A stretch of 64,000 nucleotides of DNA, taken from contig JAFGTC010000309.1 in NCBI GenBank assembly GCA_016934335.1, positions 10,714 to 74,713 on the forward strand. Reading direction: 5' to 3'. Source of the stretch: Candidatus Omnitrophota bacterium (GTDB taxonomy: Bacteria; Hinthialibacterota; Hinthialibacteria; Hinthialibacterales; Hinthialibacteraceae). Positions 49,748 through 59,508 of this stretch are shown piece after piece (the first letter of the stretch is position 1; each line of letters starts with the position of its first letter). Under the pieces are notes generated by a model, which worked only from the letters and a program-made list of their open reading frames with translations, was not told where the DNA came from and did no database searches. Made by a program: the position numbers and the translations under genes.

Positions 49748-50029
49748 AGAATAACAAAACGTCCATTAACTATTTCGAATTAATGAATATGTGCAAATAA
49801 AAATGTCTCCGGCCCGGGAGCGATTTCTCAAACCGGATCGGCGCTGTCGGTATGAAAAAAAATGCGTCGCATGCCAGGTTATGAAAAAATGGATCATTCA
49901 AACTCGCGGATTCAGAAATCAATATGCCTTTCTCCATAAAAATAAATCCATTACATTACATGCATGAATGAATACTGAACCATAGGAAGCCGATTCAGCG
50001 CTTCCGCCAATCAGTCTGGAGGATTTAGA

Positions 50030-51319
50030 ATGAGAAAACCAATGTATTGCTGTGTCGCGCTTCTCGCCGTCTTCGCCTCCGCCGCTGTTCTTCCTTCTTC
50101 CTTGTACGCTCTTTCCGACGCCGAAAAAGAGAACGGCTTCATTTCCCTGTTCAACGGCTGGGATTTAAGCGGCTGGAAAATCATGGGTAATGAGGAAGCC
50201 TGGAAAGTCGAAGACGAGACGATCCATGCTTTGCCCGAACTTAACGGCGGCTTCATCCAAAGCGAACAATCCTTCGAAAATTTCCTCCTGCGCCTGGAAT
50301 ACAAAACCGGCCCCAACGCCAACAGCGGCGTTTTCATTCACGTTCCCAAACACGGGCGCCAATCCCGCGTGGGAGGCGAAATCCAGATTTTTGACAGCTA
50401 TGGTAAAGATCCCACCATCCACAGCGCCGGCGCCATCTACGACAAAATCGCCCCGCTCGTCACCGCCAGCCGCCCTGCGGGGGAATGGCACGACCTCGAA
50501 ATCTACTTCGAATACCCTCGTCTCAAAGTAACTTTGAATCACACCGTCGTGCAGGATCTAGACCTCAGTCAGGACGAACGCCTTCGATGGCGCAATCGCA
50601 TCGGCCCCTTCGGCCTGCAGGAGCACGGCAACCATGTCTGGTTCCGAAACGTGCGCGTGAAGGATTTGGGCGGCCCCGAGCGCGATTCCTGGCAGCCTCT
50701 CTTCCCCGATAAAAATATGGACGGCTGGCGCAGCGAAAGCGGCGCCGCCAATTGGAAATACCAAGGCCGCCAAATGATCATCACCATCGACGCCGATAAT
50801 TTGAATCCAGGTCATGAATTCCTCAAAGACGAAGAGCGCTTGAACCTTTTGGGAAACGCAACCATCCAAGTGCAAGACGCCTGCATTGTCGGCGAACGCA
50901 GCAGCGGGTATCTGGTCTCCAATCAAACCTGTAAAAATTTTCATCTCTGGGCCTACGCCAAAACCAGCCCCGAAGCCATGGGCGGGATCTGGGTGCGATG
51001 GAAGGATGCTCAAAATCCCGGATACTGCGTATCCTTATGGAACGACCGCCGCGATCCCTATAAAACCGGAAGCATCCTGCAGAAAGCCAAAAACTGGAGC
51101 GAATCGGTTTTGGCCCCGGCGGGCGGTAAATACGTTAAAGACGGCGATTGGTTCCCCCTCCAAATCATCGCTGAAGGAAAAACCATCACCGCCATCGTGA
51201 ACGGCAACATAGCCGCCAAATACGAAGAAGCCGAAGAGCGCGAAGGAAGCATCGCCCTAAGCGTCTTCTCCGGCGGAACGACGGTCAGCCTCAAAGACGT
51301 CCGCATCCTGACATATTGA
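50030..51319 (+). CDS. Exported tandem DUF1080 (3-keto-disaccharide hydrolase-like) protein
   Basis: Signal peptide; LFNG.DL.GW, F.NF.LRLEYK, NSGVF, E.QI.D, G.IY, LQ.HG..VWFRN; divergent second copy. Confidence 0.85.
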   Translation: MRKPMYCCVALLAVFASAAVLPSSLYALSDAEKENGFISLFNGWDLSGWKIMGNEEAWKVEDETIHALPELNGGFIQSEQSFENFLLRLEYKTGPNANSGVFIHVPKHGRQSRVGGEIQIFDSYGKDPTIHSAGAIYDKIAPLVTASRPAGEWHDLEIYFEYPRLKVTLNHTVVQDLDLSQDERLRWRNRIGPFGLQEHGNHVWFRNVRVKDLGGPERDSWQPLFPDKNMDGWRSESGAANWKYQGRQMIITIDADNLNPGHEFLKDEERLNLLGNATIQVQDACIVGERSSGYLVSNQTCKNFHLWAYAKTSPEAMGGIWVRWKDAQNPGYCVSLWNDRRDPYKTGSILQKAKNWSESVLAPAGGKYVKDGDWFPLQIIAEGKTITAIVNGNIAAKYEEAEEREGSIALSVFSGGTTVSLKDVRILTY

Positions 51320-51354
51320 CCGCATCGATTCCGCGACAACCTTCATCCAATCAA

Positions 51355-51392
51355 CAAGCCCGCGGCCGGCATGAAGCCGCGGGCTTGATTTT
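51355..51392. terminator. Intrinsic terminator between convergent genes
   Basis: CAAGCCCGCGGC-N9-GCCGCGGGCTTG followed by ATTTT. Confidence 0.75.
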
Positions 51393-51419
51393 CATTTCCT
51401 CGATCCCCGAACGCGAGAA

Positions 51420-52325
51420 TCAATTTGTCTGTCGCTTTTTCAACGAAATATTACCGTTGGTGGTTGTCAGGAAAATTCGATTTTCTCCCCCTTCGCCGAT
51501 CGATCCTCGAAGGCTTTTCTTTTGAGACGACGCCCCTGGAACGGCGAAATCAGAAGCAATGCGCCCGTTGCTGACGCTCGCATCCAGCTGCCCCGAAAAT
51601 TGGGCGGGCAGCGATAGGGTGATCGAGCCGTTCGTCGACACGGCGGTAATCGGCGCCGCGCCGCTCTCGATGTCCAACTCCACGCCGCCGTTGGTGGTTG
51701 AGAAATCCGCTCTCTCGCTCAGCGCGATCTGCCGGGCCGATATTTTTCCGTTGGTCGTCGAGGCGTTAATGCGTCCTGACGAATCGGCGATGTCCACCGA
51801 TCCGTTTGTGGTGCGCAATTGAATCTCGCCTTGGCCCCCGGTCAAATGAATCGATCCGTTCGTGGTTAAAGCGTCGACCGCTCGTTGCAGCCGGTCTATC
51901 GAGATTTTCCCATTGGTCGATTTCAATTTGGCTTCCATCTGCGGCGGGCAGGAGATGGTATAACTCACGCCGACCTGAACCTGCTTCCATCCGCTGGGAT
52001 GTTCATGAAATACATTCAAAGCCCCTTCGTCCTGTTCGACATACAAGACCACTTCCCCGGCATATTCCTTCGCTTTTTCTTCCGTTTTCGCTCGAATTGT
52101 TTTCACGGCGTGAATTTTGATCTCCGGCGCATCGGTGCTGCTCACGATAATCGCCCCGTTGGTCGTAACCACGTCGATCAACTCCACCTCCGCGGCGGAA
52201 AGCGACCAATCTTTCTCTTCCTCATATTTCGCCTTCAAATCCCATCCCGCCAGGTTGCATCCGCAGAGATAGATGCAGAGGATGGCGCACAAGAAAGACG
52301 GTAAAATGGTATAATTCTTTTTCAT
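51420..52325 (-). CDS. DUF4097-family beta-strand-repeat lipoprotein (Asn repeats)
   Basis: Lipobox LCGC; nine xxNG.[IV] repeats (TTNG, STNG, VSNG); terminal L.TTNGNI.L. Confidence 0.85.
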   Translation of the reverse strand: MKKNYTILPSFLCAILCIYLCGCNLAGWDLKAKYEEEKDWSLSAAEVELIDVVTTNGAIIVSSTDAPEIKIHAVKTIRAKTEEKAKEYAGEVVLYVEQDEGALNVFHEHPSGWKQVQVGVSYTISCPPQMEAKLKSTNGKISIDRLQRAVDALTTNGSIHLTGGQGEIQLRTTNGSVDIADSSGRINASTTNGKISARQIALSERADFSTTNGGVELDIESGAAPITAVSTNGSITLSLPAQFSGQLDASVSNGRIASDFAVPGASSQKKSLRGSIGEGGENRIFLTTTNGNISLKKRQTN

Positions 52326-52358
52326 CGCGGCTGTCTCCTTGACTCATTTTATTCGATT

Positions 52359-53354
52359 TTATTGTCGTTGAATGGAAATATTTCCGTGACTGCTTCTCAA
52401 ACGAACGATCGCCTCTCCGCCTTCGCCGATCGGCCCCGCCAGGCTGTCTTTTGAAGAACGCAAAACCGGAATGGGAAAATCGGTTTCAATGCGCCCATGG
52501 CTTGTCGACGCATCCAACCGGCCGGAATATTCTTTCGGCAAAGTCAGCGCAATGGAAGAATGCGTAGTCCCTGCAAAAACAGGCGCGCTTCCTCGATCGA
52601 TTTCGAGTTCGATGCGTCCATGCGTCGAGGCAAATCGAGCGGGCGCCGAAAGAGATAACCGCCGCCCCACAATGGCGCCATGGCTGGTCTGCACATCAAA
52701 ATTTCCTTGGCAGTCTTCGATATGAACAGCCGCATGCGTCGTTCGCAGAAAAACATCTTCCCCCTCCGCCGCCGCATCCTTCAAACGAATTTCTCCATGC
52801 GAGGTCTTCGCCTCTATTCGGCCCTCGCAATTCTGTACGATGATCGGCGCATGCGAAGTTCGCAAATCGATCTGCCCCTTCCCTCCGATCAGAGTTATCG
52901 CCCCATGCGTAGTTTCAGCATCCGCCTGATCTTGAACGCCCTTCATCTCGATCTTTCCATGCGTCGACGCCAGTTTCAAAGCGACGCCGGGGGGACATTC
53001 AATCGTATAACTCACCCCAACCCCGTAGTTGTTCATGACGGCGGGCTGCTTTTTATAAATGCGAAGTACATCGTTCTCCGGCGTCACATGCAGCGTCACT
53101 CGCTTCGAAAATTCTTCGGCCTTAGCATCCGTCCGAGCCAGGATGGTTTTGACCGCATGGATGGTAATTTGATCGACATCCCCGGCCGCGACCTCAATAG
53201 ATCCATGCGTGGTTTCCACATCGATCGTCTCGATCGCCGCCGCATCCAGCGTCCAATCTAACTCCTCCACATATTTCCCGTTAAATTCACAGCCCATCGC
53301 AAAAAAACACAACGACGCCGCTAGAACGGTATGGAGTTTCCCAATTTTTCTCAT
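52359..53354 (-). CDS. DUF4097-family beta-strand-repeat lipoprotein (His repeats)
   Basis: Lipobox AMGC; eleven [TS][TS]H..[IV] repeats; colinear with its neighbour (alternative GTG start 53363). Confidence 0.85.
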   Translation of the reverse strand: MRKIGKLHTVLAASLCFFAMGCEFNGKYVEELDWTLDAAAIETIDVETTHGSIEVAAGDVDQITIHAVKTILARTDAKAEEFSKRVTLHVTPENDVLRIYKKQPAVMNNYGVGVSYTIECPPGVALKLASTHGKIEMKGVQDQADAETTHGAITLIGGKGQIDLRTSHAPIIVQNCEGRIEAKTSHGEIRLKDAAAEGEDVFLRTTHAAVHIEDCQGNFDVQTSHGAIVGRRLSLSAPARFASTHGRIELEIDRGSAPVFAGTTHSSIALTLPKEYSGRLDASTSHGRIETDFPIPVLRSSKDSLAGPIGEGGEAIVRLRSSHGNISIQRQ

Positions 53355-53633
53355 AATCGCCACCCTTTTATTGAAACGTCCAATATTGAAACATCAAAGC
53401 GCATTTTGGATGGGGAAAATTCGATATGTCTTACCATCTAAAATAGCTAAATCCCGCCCTTTTTTCGAACGTTATCCCCATCCTTCACACCTTTCTCCTC
53501 TCATTATACGGAAGAGATACTGATTAATTTCAAATGATCAAAGAAAAGTTTTTATGGAAAAGTTTTTGAAAGAGAAAAAAGTGAAATATTTCACCATGTT
53601 TCCAGATTCTTGGATAAGGGCTTTTTATCCCAT

Positions 53634-53682
53634 TTGACTTATCGATTTTTTATCGATAGACTACAATACTTACCGGTAAGTA
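53634..53682 (+). promoter_or_regulatory. Promoter and palindromic operator of the TetR-RND operon
   Basis: TTGACT(53634)-N17-TAGACT(53657); perfect 16-bp palindrome TACTTACCGGTAAGTA at 53667-53682; second inverted repeat TATCGAT-N5-ATCGATA at 53640-53658. Confidence 0.75.
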
Positions 53683-53708
53683 AATAAAGAAACCGCCAAG
53701 GAATTGAG

Positions 53709-54317
53709 ATGGTAATCAGGACGCAAAACATAGATAATCAGATGGATACGCGTGAAAAAATCGCCTACGCGGCAACCCATCTCTTCGCCGTGCATGGCTA
53801 TGACGCCACCAGCATCCGGGATATCGCGGAGAAAGCGGGAGTCACCAAGCCGGTTGTCTACTACTACTTTCAAAGCAAAGAAAATCTGTTCGCCACCTTG
53901 ATTCACGAAGCCTATGATTTCTTTTTTCAGGCTCTTGAAAAACTTTTCGAGGAAGAAACCGATTTCTGGGATCGCTGGAAAAAAGTGACGCGTCTCTATT
54001 TCGATTTGAGCATGCAATATCGAGACACCGTCCAACTGATCTATATTTATTCTTTTGGACCGCGCGGCAAAAGCCCGAGGATCAACATGCTCGAAATCGA
54101 AAACATCCACACGCAATTCCTGGCCCGTTTATTCCGAGAAGGCATGCAGCAAGGGCTCGTACGAAACATCGAAAACATCGAATGGATCACCAATCTTTAT
54201 CTAGGCGTCATCGTCATTTATCAGCAGCAATTGCTTTTTACCGACGTCCCCATCCCTGAAAACTATTCGGACATCATCATGGAAATGGTGTATAACGGAA
54301 TTGGAGGCGCAAAATAA
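53709..54317 (+). CDS. TetR/AcrR-family transcriptional regulator
   Basis: A..LF...GY.ATSIRDIA..AGV.K..VYYYF.SKE.L helix-turn-helix. Confidence 0.93.
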   Translation: MVIRTQNIDNQMDTREKIAYAATHLFAVHGYDATSIRDIAEKAGVTKPVVYYYFQSKENLFATLIHEAYDFFFQALEKLFEEETDFWDRWKKVTRLYFDLSMQYRDTVQLIYIYSFGPRGKSPRINMLEIENIHTQFLARLFREGMQQGLVRNIENIEWITNLYLGVIVIYQQQLLFTDVPIPENYSDIIMEMVYNGIGGAK

Positions 54318-55420
54318 TGTCCCTTTTGATGCGCATTTTGAAATATCTGGCGCTGCCCTTTTTTTTCTTGATCGTTTATTTCGCCGTCACGCTGATTCCC
54401 AACAGCTCCGCCCAGCGGGAAGGGCAGGAATCGTCCGATCCCCCCTTGAAGCGCATCAAAATCATGGAAGTCGCCCCGCAACCCTTCGAAGAAACCATTC
54501 TCATCCCCGGCGTCGTCGAAGCCTATGAGGATGTGAACATCGGCGCAGGCATCCCCGGCATCGTCGAAGAAGTCTACGTCAAAGAGGGAGACCGAGTTAA
54601 AAAAGGGCAGGAACTGTTTCAGATCGATCTGCGTTCACGGCAAGCCCGCCTGGAAGACGCCAAAGCCGCCCATGAACTCGCCCAAAAAAGCCTGGAACGA
54701 AAAAAAACGCTGCGCAATCGCGGCGACATCACCATTCAGGAATATGACGAAGCGGTCGCTCGCGAACTCCAAGCCGCGGCGATTATGCGCTCCCTGGAAG
54801 TAGAAGTGTCTTTGGGGCATATCTTCGCCCCCATGGAAGGAATTATCGACGCAATCGACGCGGATGCCGGAGAATATATGCACGAAGGATCGCAGCTGGC
54901 CCGCCTCCTGTCGATCGATAAGATCAAAATCGTCGTAGGGATTCCGGAACGCCATGCGGACGCCGTGGCGAGCGAGAAAACCGCCAAAGTGCACTTGCAG
55001 GCGCTCAACGAAATTCGCAGCGCCGAACTCGAGCGCATCGCCTTCGAAGCCAATCCGCAGACCAATACCTTCGAAGCCACGCTGATCCTGGAAAATAAAG
55101 ATCACCGCATTCGCCCGGGCATGATTATTCGAGCCGAACTGGTCGTCAAACGTGTTCAAGACGCCTTGCTGATCCCCTTGGAAGCCCTGGTCAAACGAGA
55201 AACGGGTATGGTGGTCTTCGTCGTAACCGACGGCGAGGCGGCCGCCCGCCCGGTTGAAATGGGCGCATTCCAAAAACAATTCGTCGAAATCGTTGCGGGG
55301 CTTCAGCCTTACGAAAAAATCGTGTTGATCGGACAGCAGGATCTATCCGACGGGCAGGCGGTCGATGTCGTGGAAAGCGTCCCCATGCCGCGCACCTTGG
55401 GGGAAGAGGGCCTGCAATGA
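54317..55420 (+). CDS. RND efflux periplasmic adaptor (membrane fusion protein)
   Basis: N-terminal TM; G.V..V.VKEGD.VKKGQ.L, APMEG.I, RPGM, GL...E..V..GQ..L.DG. Confidence 0.92.
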   Translation: MSLLMRILKYLALPFFFLIVYFAVTLIPNSSAQREGQESSDPPLKRIKIMEVAPQPFEETILIPGVVEAYEDVNIGAGIPGIVEEVYVKEGDRVKKGQELFQIDLRSRQARLEDAKAAHELAQKSLERKKTLRNRGDITIQEYDEAVARELQAAAIMRSLEVEVSLGHIFAPMEGIIDAIDADAGEYMHEGSQLARLLSIDKIKIVVGIPERHADAVASEKTAKVHLQALNEIRSAELERIAFEANPQTNTFEATLILENKDHRIRPGMIIRAELVVKRVQDALLIPLEALVKRETGMVVFVVTDGEAAARPVEMGAFQKQFVEIVAGLQPYEKIVLIGQQDLSDGQAVDVVESVPMPRTLGEEGLQ

Positions 55421-58400
55421 CCTTATCGGAATTCAGCGTTCATCATAAAACAACCGTGGCGGTGTTGATCGTCATCATCATCATAACGGGCTCGTACGCT
55501 TATCTCACGCTGCCGCGCGAATCGTTTCCCGACATCACGATCCCTTATATTATCGTAACCACTCAGTATGAAGGCGTGGCCCCGTCGGATATCGAAAACC
55601 TGATCACAAACGAAATCGAAAAAAAACTGATCACCATCAGCGAGATCGACGAACTTCGCTCCTACTCGTCGGAAGGCGCCTCCACCATCGTTGTGGAATT
55701 CACAACGGGCATCGATACGGACGCCGCTCTGCAAAAAGTGCGTGACAAGGTCGATGAAGCGAAATCCGAACTGCCTTCCGATCTGGATGACGATCCCATC
55801 GTCGATGAAATCAATCTCGCCGAATTCCCCATCATGACGGTGGTAGTGTCCGGCCCCGTAGGATTGGTGAAATTGAAAGACATCGCCGATGACATGTCGG
55901 ACGATTTCGAAAGCGTGAGCGGCGTACTCGAAGCGCCTGTGCTGGGGGGATTGGAGCGAGAAATACGGGTGGTGTACGAACCGGAGCGGCTGGCCGCCTA
56001 CAAACTCTCGGTCACCGACGTCATGAATTCGGTTCTTTCGAACAATCTCAACACGCCGGGCGGAAAGATGGACATCGGCCCGAACAATTATCTGGTCAAG
56101 ATTCCCGGCGAATTTGAAGATCCCTCCGAAGCGCGAAAAATCATTGTTTTTTCCAATGACAAGCAATCCATCTACATCACCGACGTCGCCCGCATGGTAG
56201 ACGGATTCGAAGAGCCCAAAACCAAATCGAGAAACAATCAAAAAGAATCGGTCTCCATCAATATCGTCAAACGCAGCGGCGAAAATATCATCGAAATCTC
56301 CGAAGAAATCAAAAAGATTGTCGCCGACTATCAAGCGACCTCGCCGGAAGGCGTCGACATCTCCATCGTCATGGATCAATCCAAGGACATTTATACCATG
56401 ATCTCCGACCTGGAGAACAGCGTCCTGTCGGGATTGATCCTGGTTCTCATTGTGGTGCTGTTCGCGATGGGGCTGCGCAACGCCATGATCGTGGCCTCCG
56501 CCATCCCCTTATCCATGCTCATTACGTTTTTTGTTCTCAAATATATAGGCTTGACCTTGAATATGATTGTTCTCTTTTCGCTGGTGCTGGCGGTGGGGAT
56601 GCTCGTCGACAACGCCATCGTGATCGTAGAAAACATCTACCGGCATCGCACGGAGGGCAAAGGGCGGCTGGAGGCCTCCGTGACCGGCAGCCGCGAAGTC
56701 ATGTGGCCCGTGATCGCCAGCACCGCCACGACCGTCGGCGCATTTTTCCCCATCGTGTTCTGGCCTGGAATTATGGGCGAATTCATGGGGTATCTGCCTC
56801 AAACCGTCATCATCGCCCTAATCGCCTCTCTTTTTGTCGCCCTGATCGTCAATCCGACATTATGCGCCTTGTTCATGCGCGTGAAGCCGAAGCACGCAGA
56901 AAAAAAAGCCGACGGATTTTTCATGCGCGCCTATACGCCTGTGATCGCCGCCGCCGTACGGAATCCCTTTTATACGCTGAGCTGGGCCGTCAGTTTGCTG
57001 ATTCTGGTGGTTTATGCCTACAGCCAATTGGGTCATGGAATCGAACTGTTTCCTGAAATCGATCCGAAGCGGGCCTATGTAAACATCAATATGCCTACAG
57101 GCGCCAACATCTACGAAACAGACGCCCTTGTGAAACAATTGGAAGCGATTGCAGCCGAATACCCCGAAATCCAGAATATGATAACAACGGTCGGCTCATC
57201 GGGATCGTCCAACATTCTATCCCCATCGCAGAGCGACTCGCCCGACGCCGCCCAGATCATGCTCGAGTTCCCGGATATGGAAGACCGCACGCGCCCGTCG
57301 GAAGAAGTGCTGCAGGAGCTGCGCCGGCGATTTCACCCTTTCTACCAAGCGGAAATCGAAATCCAAAAAGAAGAAAACGACCCCTCGTCAGGCGCGCCGG
57401 TAACCGTCGAACTGTCCGGCGAATCCTACAATGTTCTTGTTCCGCTCATGCGCGAAATCAAAGAGCGCATCCGGGGAATACCCGGGCTCGTGAATATGGA
57501 TGATGATTATGTAGTCGCCCGGCCGGAAATCATCGTCAAGGTGGATAAAGAGCGAGCGGCGCTTATGAAGTTGAACACGCGGGAAATCGCGACGAATATA
57601 AAAGCAGCTATTCGCGGCATCGACGCCGGCGTATATCGCGAAGGCAACGATGAATATGACATCGTCGTCCAACTGCCTTTGGATCGCCGCAAAGATTTAT
57701 ACGCGCTGCGAAATCTGATGGTCTCAGGCCTGGCGGGAAATCATGTCCCCCTGAGTTCGGTCGCCGGCATCGAACTGTCCGCCGGCCTCGGTACAATCGT
57801 GCGCACCGACCAGAAACGAGTCATCACCATCGAAGCCGAAGCGGAAGGGCGTTTGGGAAACGACGTATTAAAAGACGTCCAAAAAGAACTGGCCGGCTTG
57901 AATCTCCCCCAAGGCTATCAGCTCCAATATCGCGGCGAAGACGAAGACCGCCAGGAGGCGCAGGAATTCTTGAGCGAAGCGTTCGTTGCGGCGTTGATGA
58001 TTATTACGCTCATTTTAGTAACTGAATTTAATTCGATCTACAAACCTTTCGTTATTCTGTCATCAGTTATACTTTCTACTATAGGGGTTTTTATCGGTCT
58101 GCTGATAACCTACACCCCCTTCGGAGTCATTATGACCGGCGTCGGCGTCATTAGTTTGGCCGGCGTGGTCGTCAATAACGCCATCGTTCTGTTGGACTAC
58201 ACGGATCAGTTGCGCGAGCGCGGCCGCAGCCATGTCGAGTCGCTGATCGAGGCGGGCCGCGTTCGTCTGCGCCCCGTTGTCTTGACGGCCGTCACCACGA
58301 TTTTGGGATTAATTCCTATGGCGGTCGGCGTCAGTTACGACTTCCGAAGCGGAGGATGGCAAATCGGCAGCGAATCGGCCCAATGGTGGAGCCCGATGGC

Positions 58401-58554
58401 CGTCGCCGTCATCTTTGGATTGGCCGTCGCCACGCTGCTGACGCTGATCGTCGTCCCGGCCATGGTTTCCGCCGGCGACATGACCATCGCCGCCTGCCGC
58501 CGGCTGAACAGCGCCGCCCGCGCACGACAAACCAATCCGCAGACGAACGCATGA
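55417..58554 (+). CDS. RND efflux transporter permease (AcrB/AcrD/AcrF family)
   Basis: LPRE.FP.I, GMLVDNAIV.VENI, VNNAIVL.D, RLRPV.LT..TT; two large periplasmic loops; ATGA overlap with the adaptor gene. Confidence 0.95.
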   Translation: MTLSEFSVHHKTTVAVLIVIIIITGSYAYLTLPRESFPDITIPYIIVTTQYEGVAPSDIENLITNEIEKKLITISEIDELRSYSSEGASTIVVEFTTGIDTDAALQKVRDKVDEAKSELPSDLDDDPIVDEINLAEFPIMTVVVSGPVGLVKLKDIADDMSDDFESVSGVLEAPVLGGLEREIRVVYEPERLAAYKLSVTDVMNSVLSNNLNTPGGKMDIGPNNYLVKIPGEFEDPSEARKIIVFSNDKQSIYITDVARMVDGFEEPKTKSRNNQKESVSINIVKRSGENIIEISEEIKKIVADYQATSPEGVDISIVMDQSKDIYTMISDLENSVLSGLILVLIVVLFAMGLRNAMIVASAIPLSMLITFFVLKYIGLTLNMIVLFSLVLAVGMLVDNAIVIVENIYRHRTEGKGRLEASVTGSREVMWPVIASTATTVGAFFPIVFWPGIMGEFMGYLPQTVIIALIASLFVALIVNPTLCALFMRVKPKHAEKKADGFFMRAYTPVIAAAVRNPFYTLSWAVSLLILVVYAYSQLGHGIELFPEIDPKRAYVNINMPTGANIYETDALVKQLEAIAAEYPEIQNMITTVGSSGSSNILSPSQSDSPDAAQIMLEFPDMEDRTRPSEEVLQELRRRFHPFYQAEIEIQKEENDPSSGAPVTVELSGESYNVLVPLMREIKERIRGIPGLVNMDDDYVVARPEIIVKVDKERAALMKLNTREIATNIKAAIRGIDAGVYREGNDEYDIVVQLPLDRRKDLYALRNLMVSGLAGNHVPLSSVAGIELSAGLGTIVRTDQKRVITIEAEAEGRLGNDVLKDVQKELAGLNLPQGYQLQYRGEDEDRQEAQEFLSEAFVAALMIITLILVTEFNSIYKPFVILSSVILSTIGVFIGLLITYTPFGVIMTGVGVISLAGVVVNNAIVLLDYTDQLRERGRSHVESLIEAGRVRLRPVVLTAVTTILGLIPMAVGVSYDFRSGGWQIGSESAQWWSPMAVAVIFGLAVATLLTLIVVPAMVSAGDMTIAACRRLNSAARARQTNPQTNA

Positions 58555-58605
58555 TCGATTCTAATCCTCTACTTAGACTTTATACAACTTTGACAGGAAT
58601 TCATC

Positions 58606-59439
58606 ATGAAGCATCGTTGGACCATCCCGCTCGTTCTCATTCTTATTGCCGTCAATGTCATTATTAAGATTCCCGATCCTGAACTGAAGAAGGTTTTTGC
58701 CGAGAAGGTCAATTGCGCCATCGAATATTATAAAGAACGCGCTCATCACTATTACCTGCAATGCACTGGGCAGCTGCCGCCGGCGATCATCACGAAACAC
58801 TATCGGGAATGGCTGCGCTTCCAGATTTTATGCGATGCTCTTTTGTTGGACTCCCACAAATCCATCGAATTATTCTGTCTCTACATCGACGCCCAAGATA
58901 AGGTGCGCGATCATCGAATTCACGAAAGCCAACTCGAACCCGAAAATATGCTTCCGGAGCCGGGATTGCAGCTGTATCACCGAATCAACCGGGAAATCGT
59001 TTCCGCCTTCAAAATGAATGCGCAAGGAATGCTGACCCATGACGAATTGAGCGTCGTCGATAACGTTTTAACCTTTCGCGGCGTCGCTCCCGACATCGAT
59101 CTGCGCGCGCTGCGCTTGACCCGCTTGAATGACGTCCAGCGAAAATCCATGCGCCCTTACTCTGTTCAATTGGTCGAATTTCTTCTATCCAAGCCGTCGG
59201 AATATCCATGGACGCTGGAAAAGGGAAAAGCGGAGCCGACTCCACCCTCCCCCGCCGACCGCGACAGCCTCGAATCGCCAAAGCATCATCTCATGATCAA
59301 AGCCAACCAAATTCTTTCAAACGATCAGATTCAGGAATGGCGATCCATGTATGCCAAAGCCAACCAAACCATTGAAGATTATCGGATGATGTTCGAAAAC
59401 ATGTATTCCTTCTTTTACGGTGGATATACTCCGAGTTAA
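58606..59439 (+). CDS. Hypothetical membrane-anchored or exported helical protein, paralogue of 25116-25985
   Basis: Hydrophobic N-terminus; colinear conserved motifs with 25116-25985; RBS AGGA. Confidence 0.8.
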   Translation: MKHRWTIPLVLILIAVNVIIKIPDPELKKVFAEKVNCAIEYYKERAHHYYLQCTGQLPPAIITKHYREWLRFQILCDALLLDSHKSIELFCLYIDAQDKVRDHRIHESQLEPENMLPEPGLQLYHRINREIVSAFKMNAQGMLTHDELSVVDNVLTFRGVAPDIDLRALRLTRLNDVQRKSMRPYSVQLVEFLLSKPSEYPWTLEKGKAEPTPPSPADRDSLESPKHHLMIKANQILSNDQIQEWRSMYAKANQTIEDYRMMFENMYSFFYGGYTPS

Positions 59440-59456
59440 ATGGAAGCGCGCGGCGC

Positions 59457-59494
59457 CTCTTCCGGCGATCCAGAAAAACGATGCGTCGGAAGAG
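59457..59494. terminator. Hairpin between convergent genes
   Basis: CTCTTCCGGCG...CGTCGGAAGAG 11-bp stem with one G-U pair; no strong U-tract. Confidence 0.5.
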
Positions 59495-59508
59495 AGTAGT
59501 AGGGGGGA

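Noticed and set aside
49748-50029. Intergenic region with a repeated TATGAAAAAA(A)TG; possible riboswitch
   Set aside because: Short low-complexity repeat, with no recognisable riboswitch consensus or convincing stem
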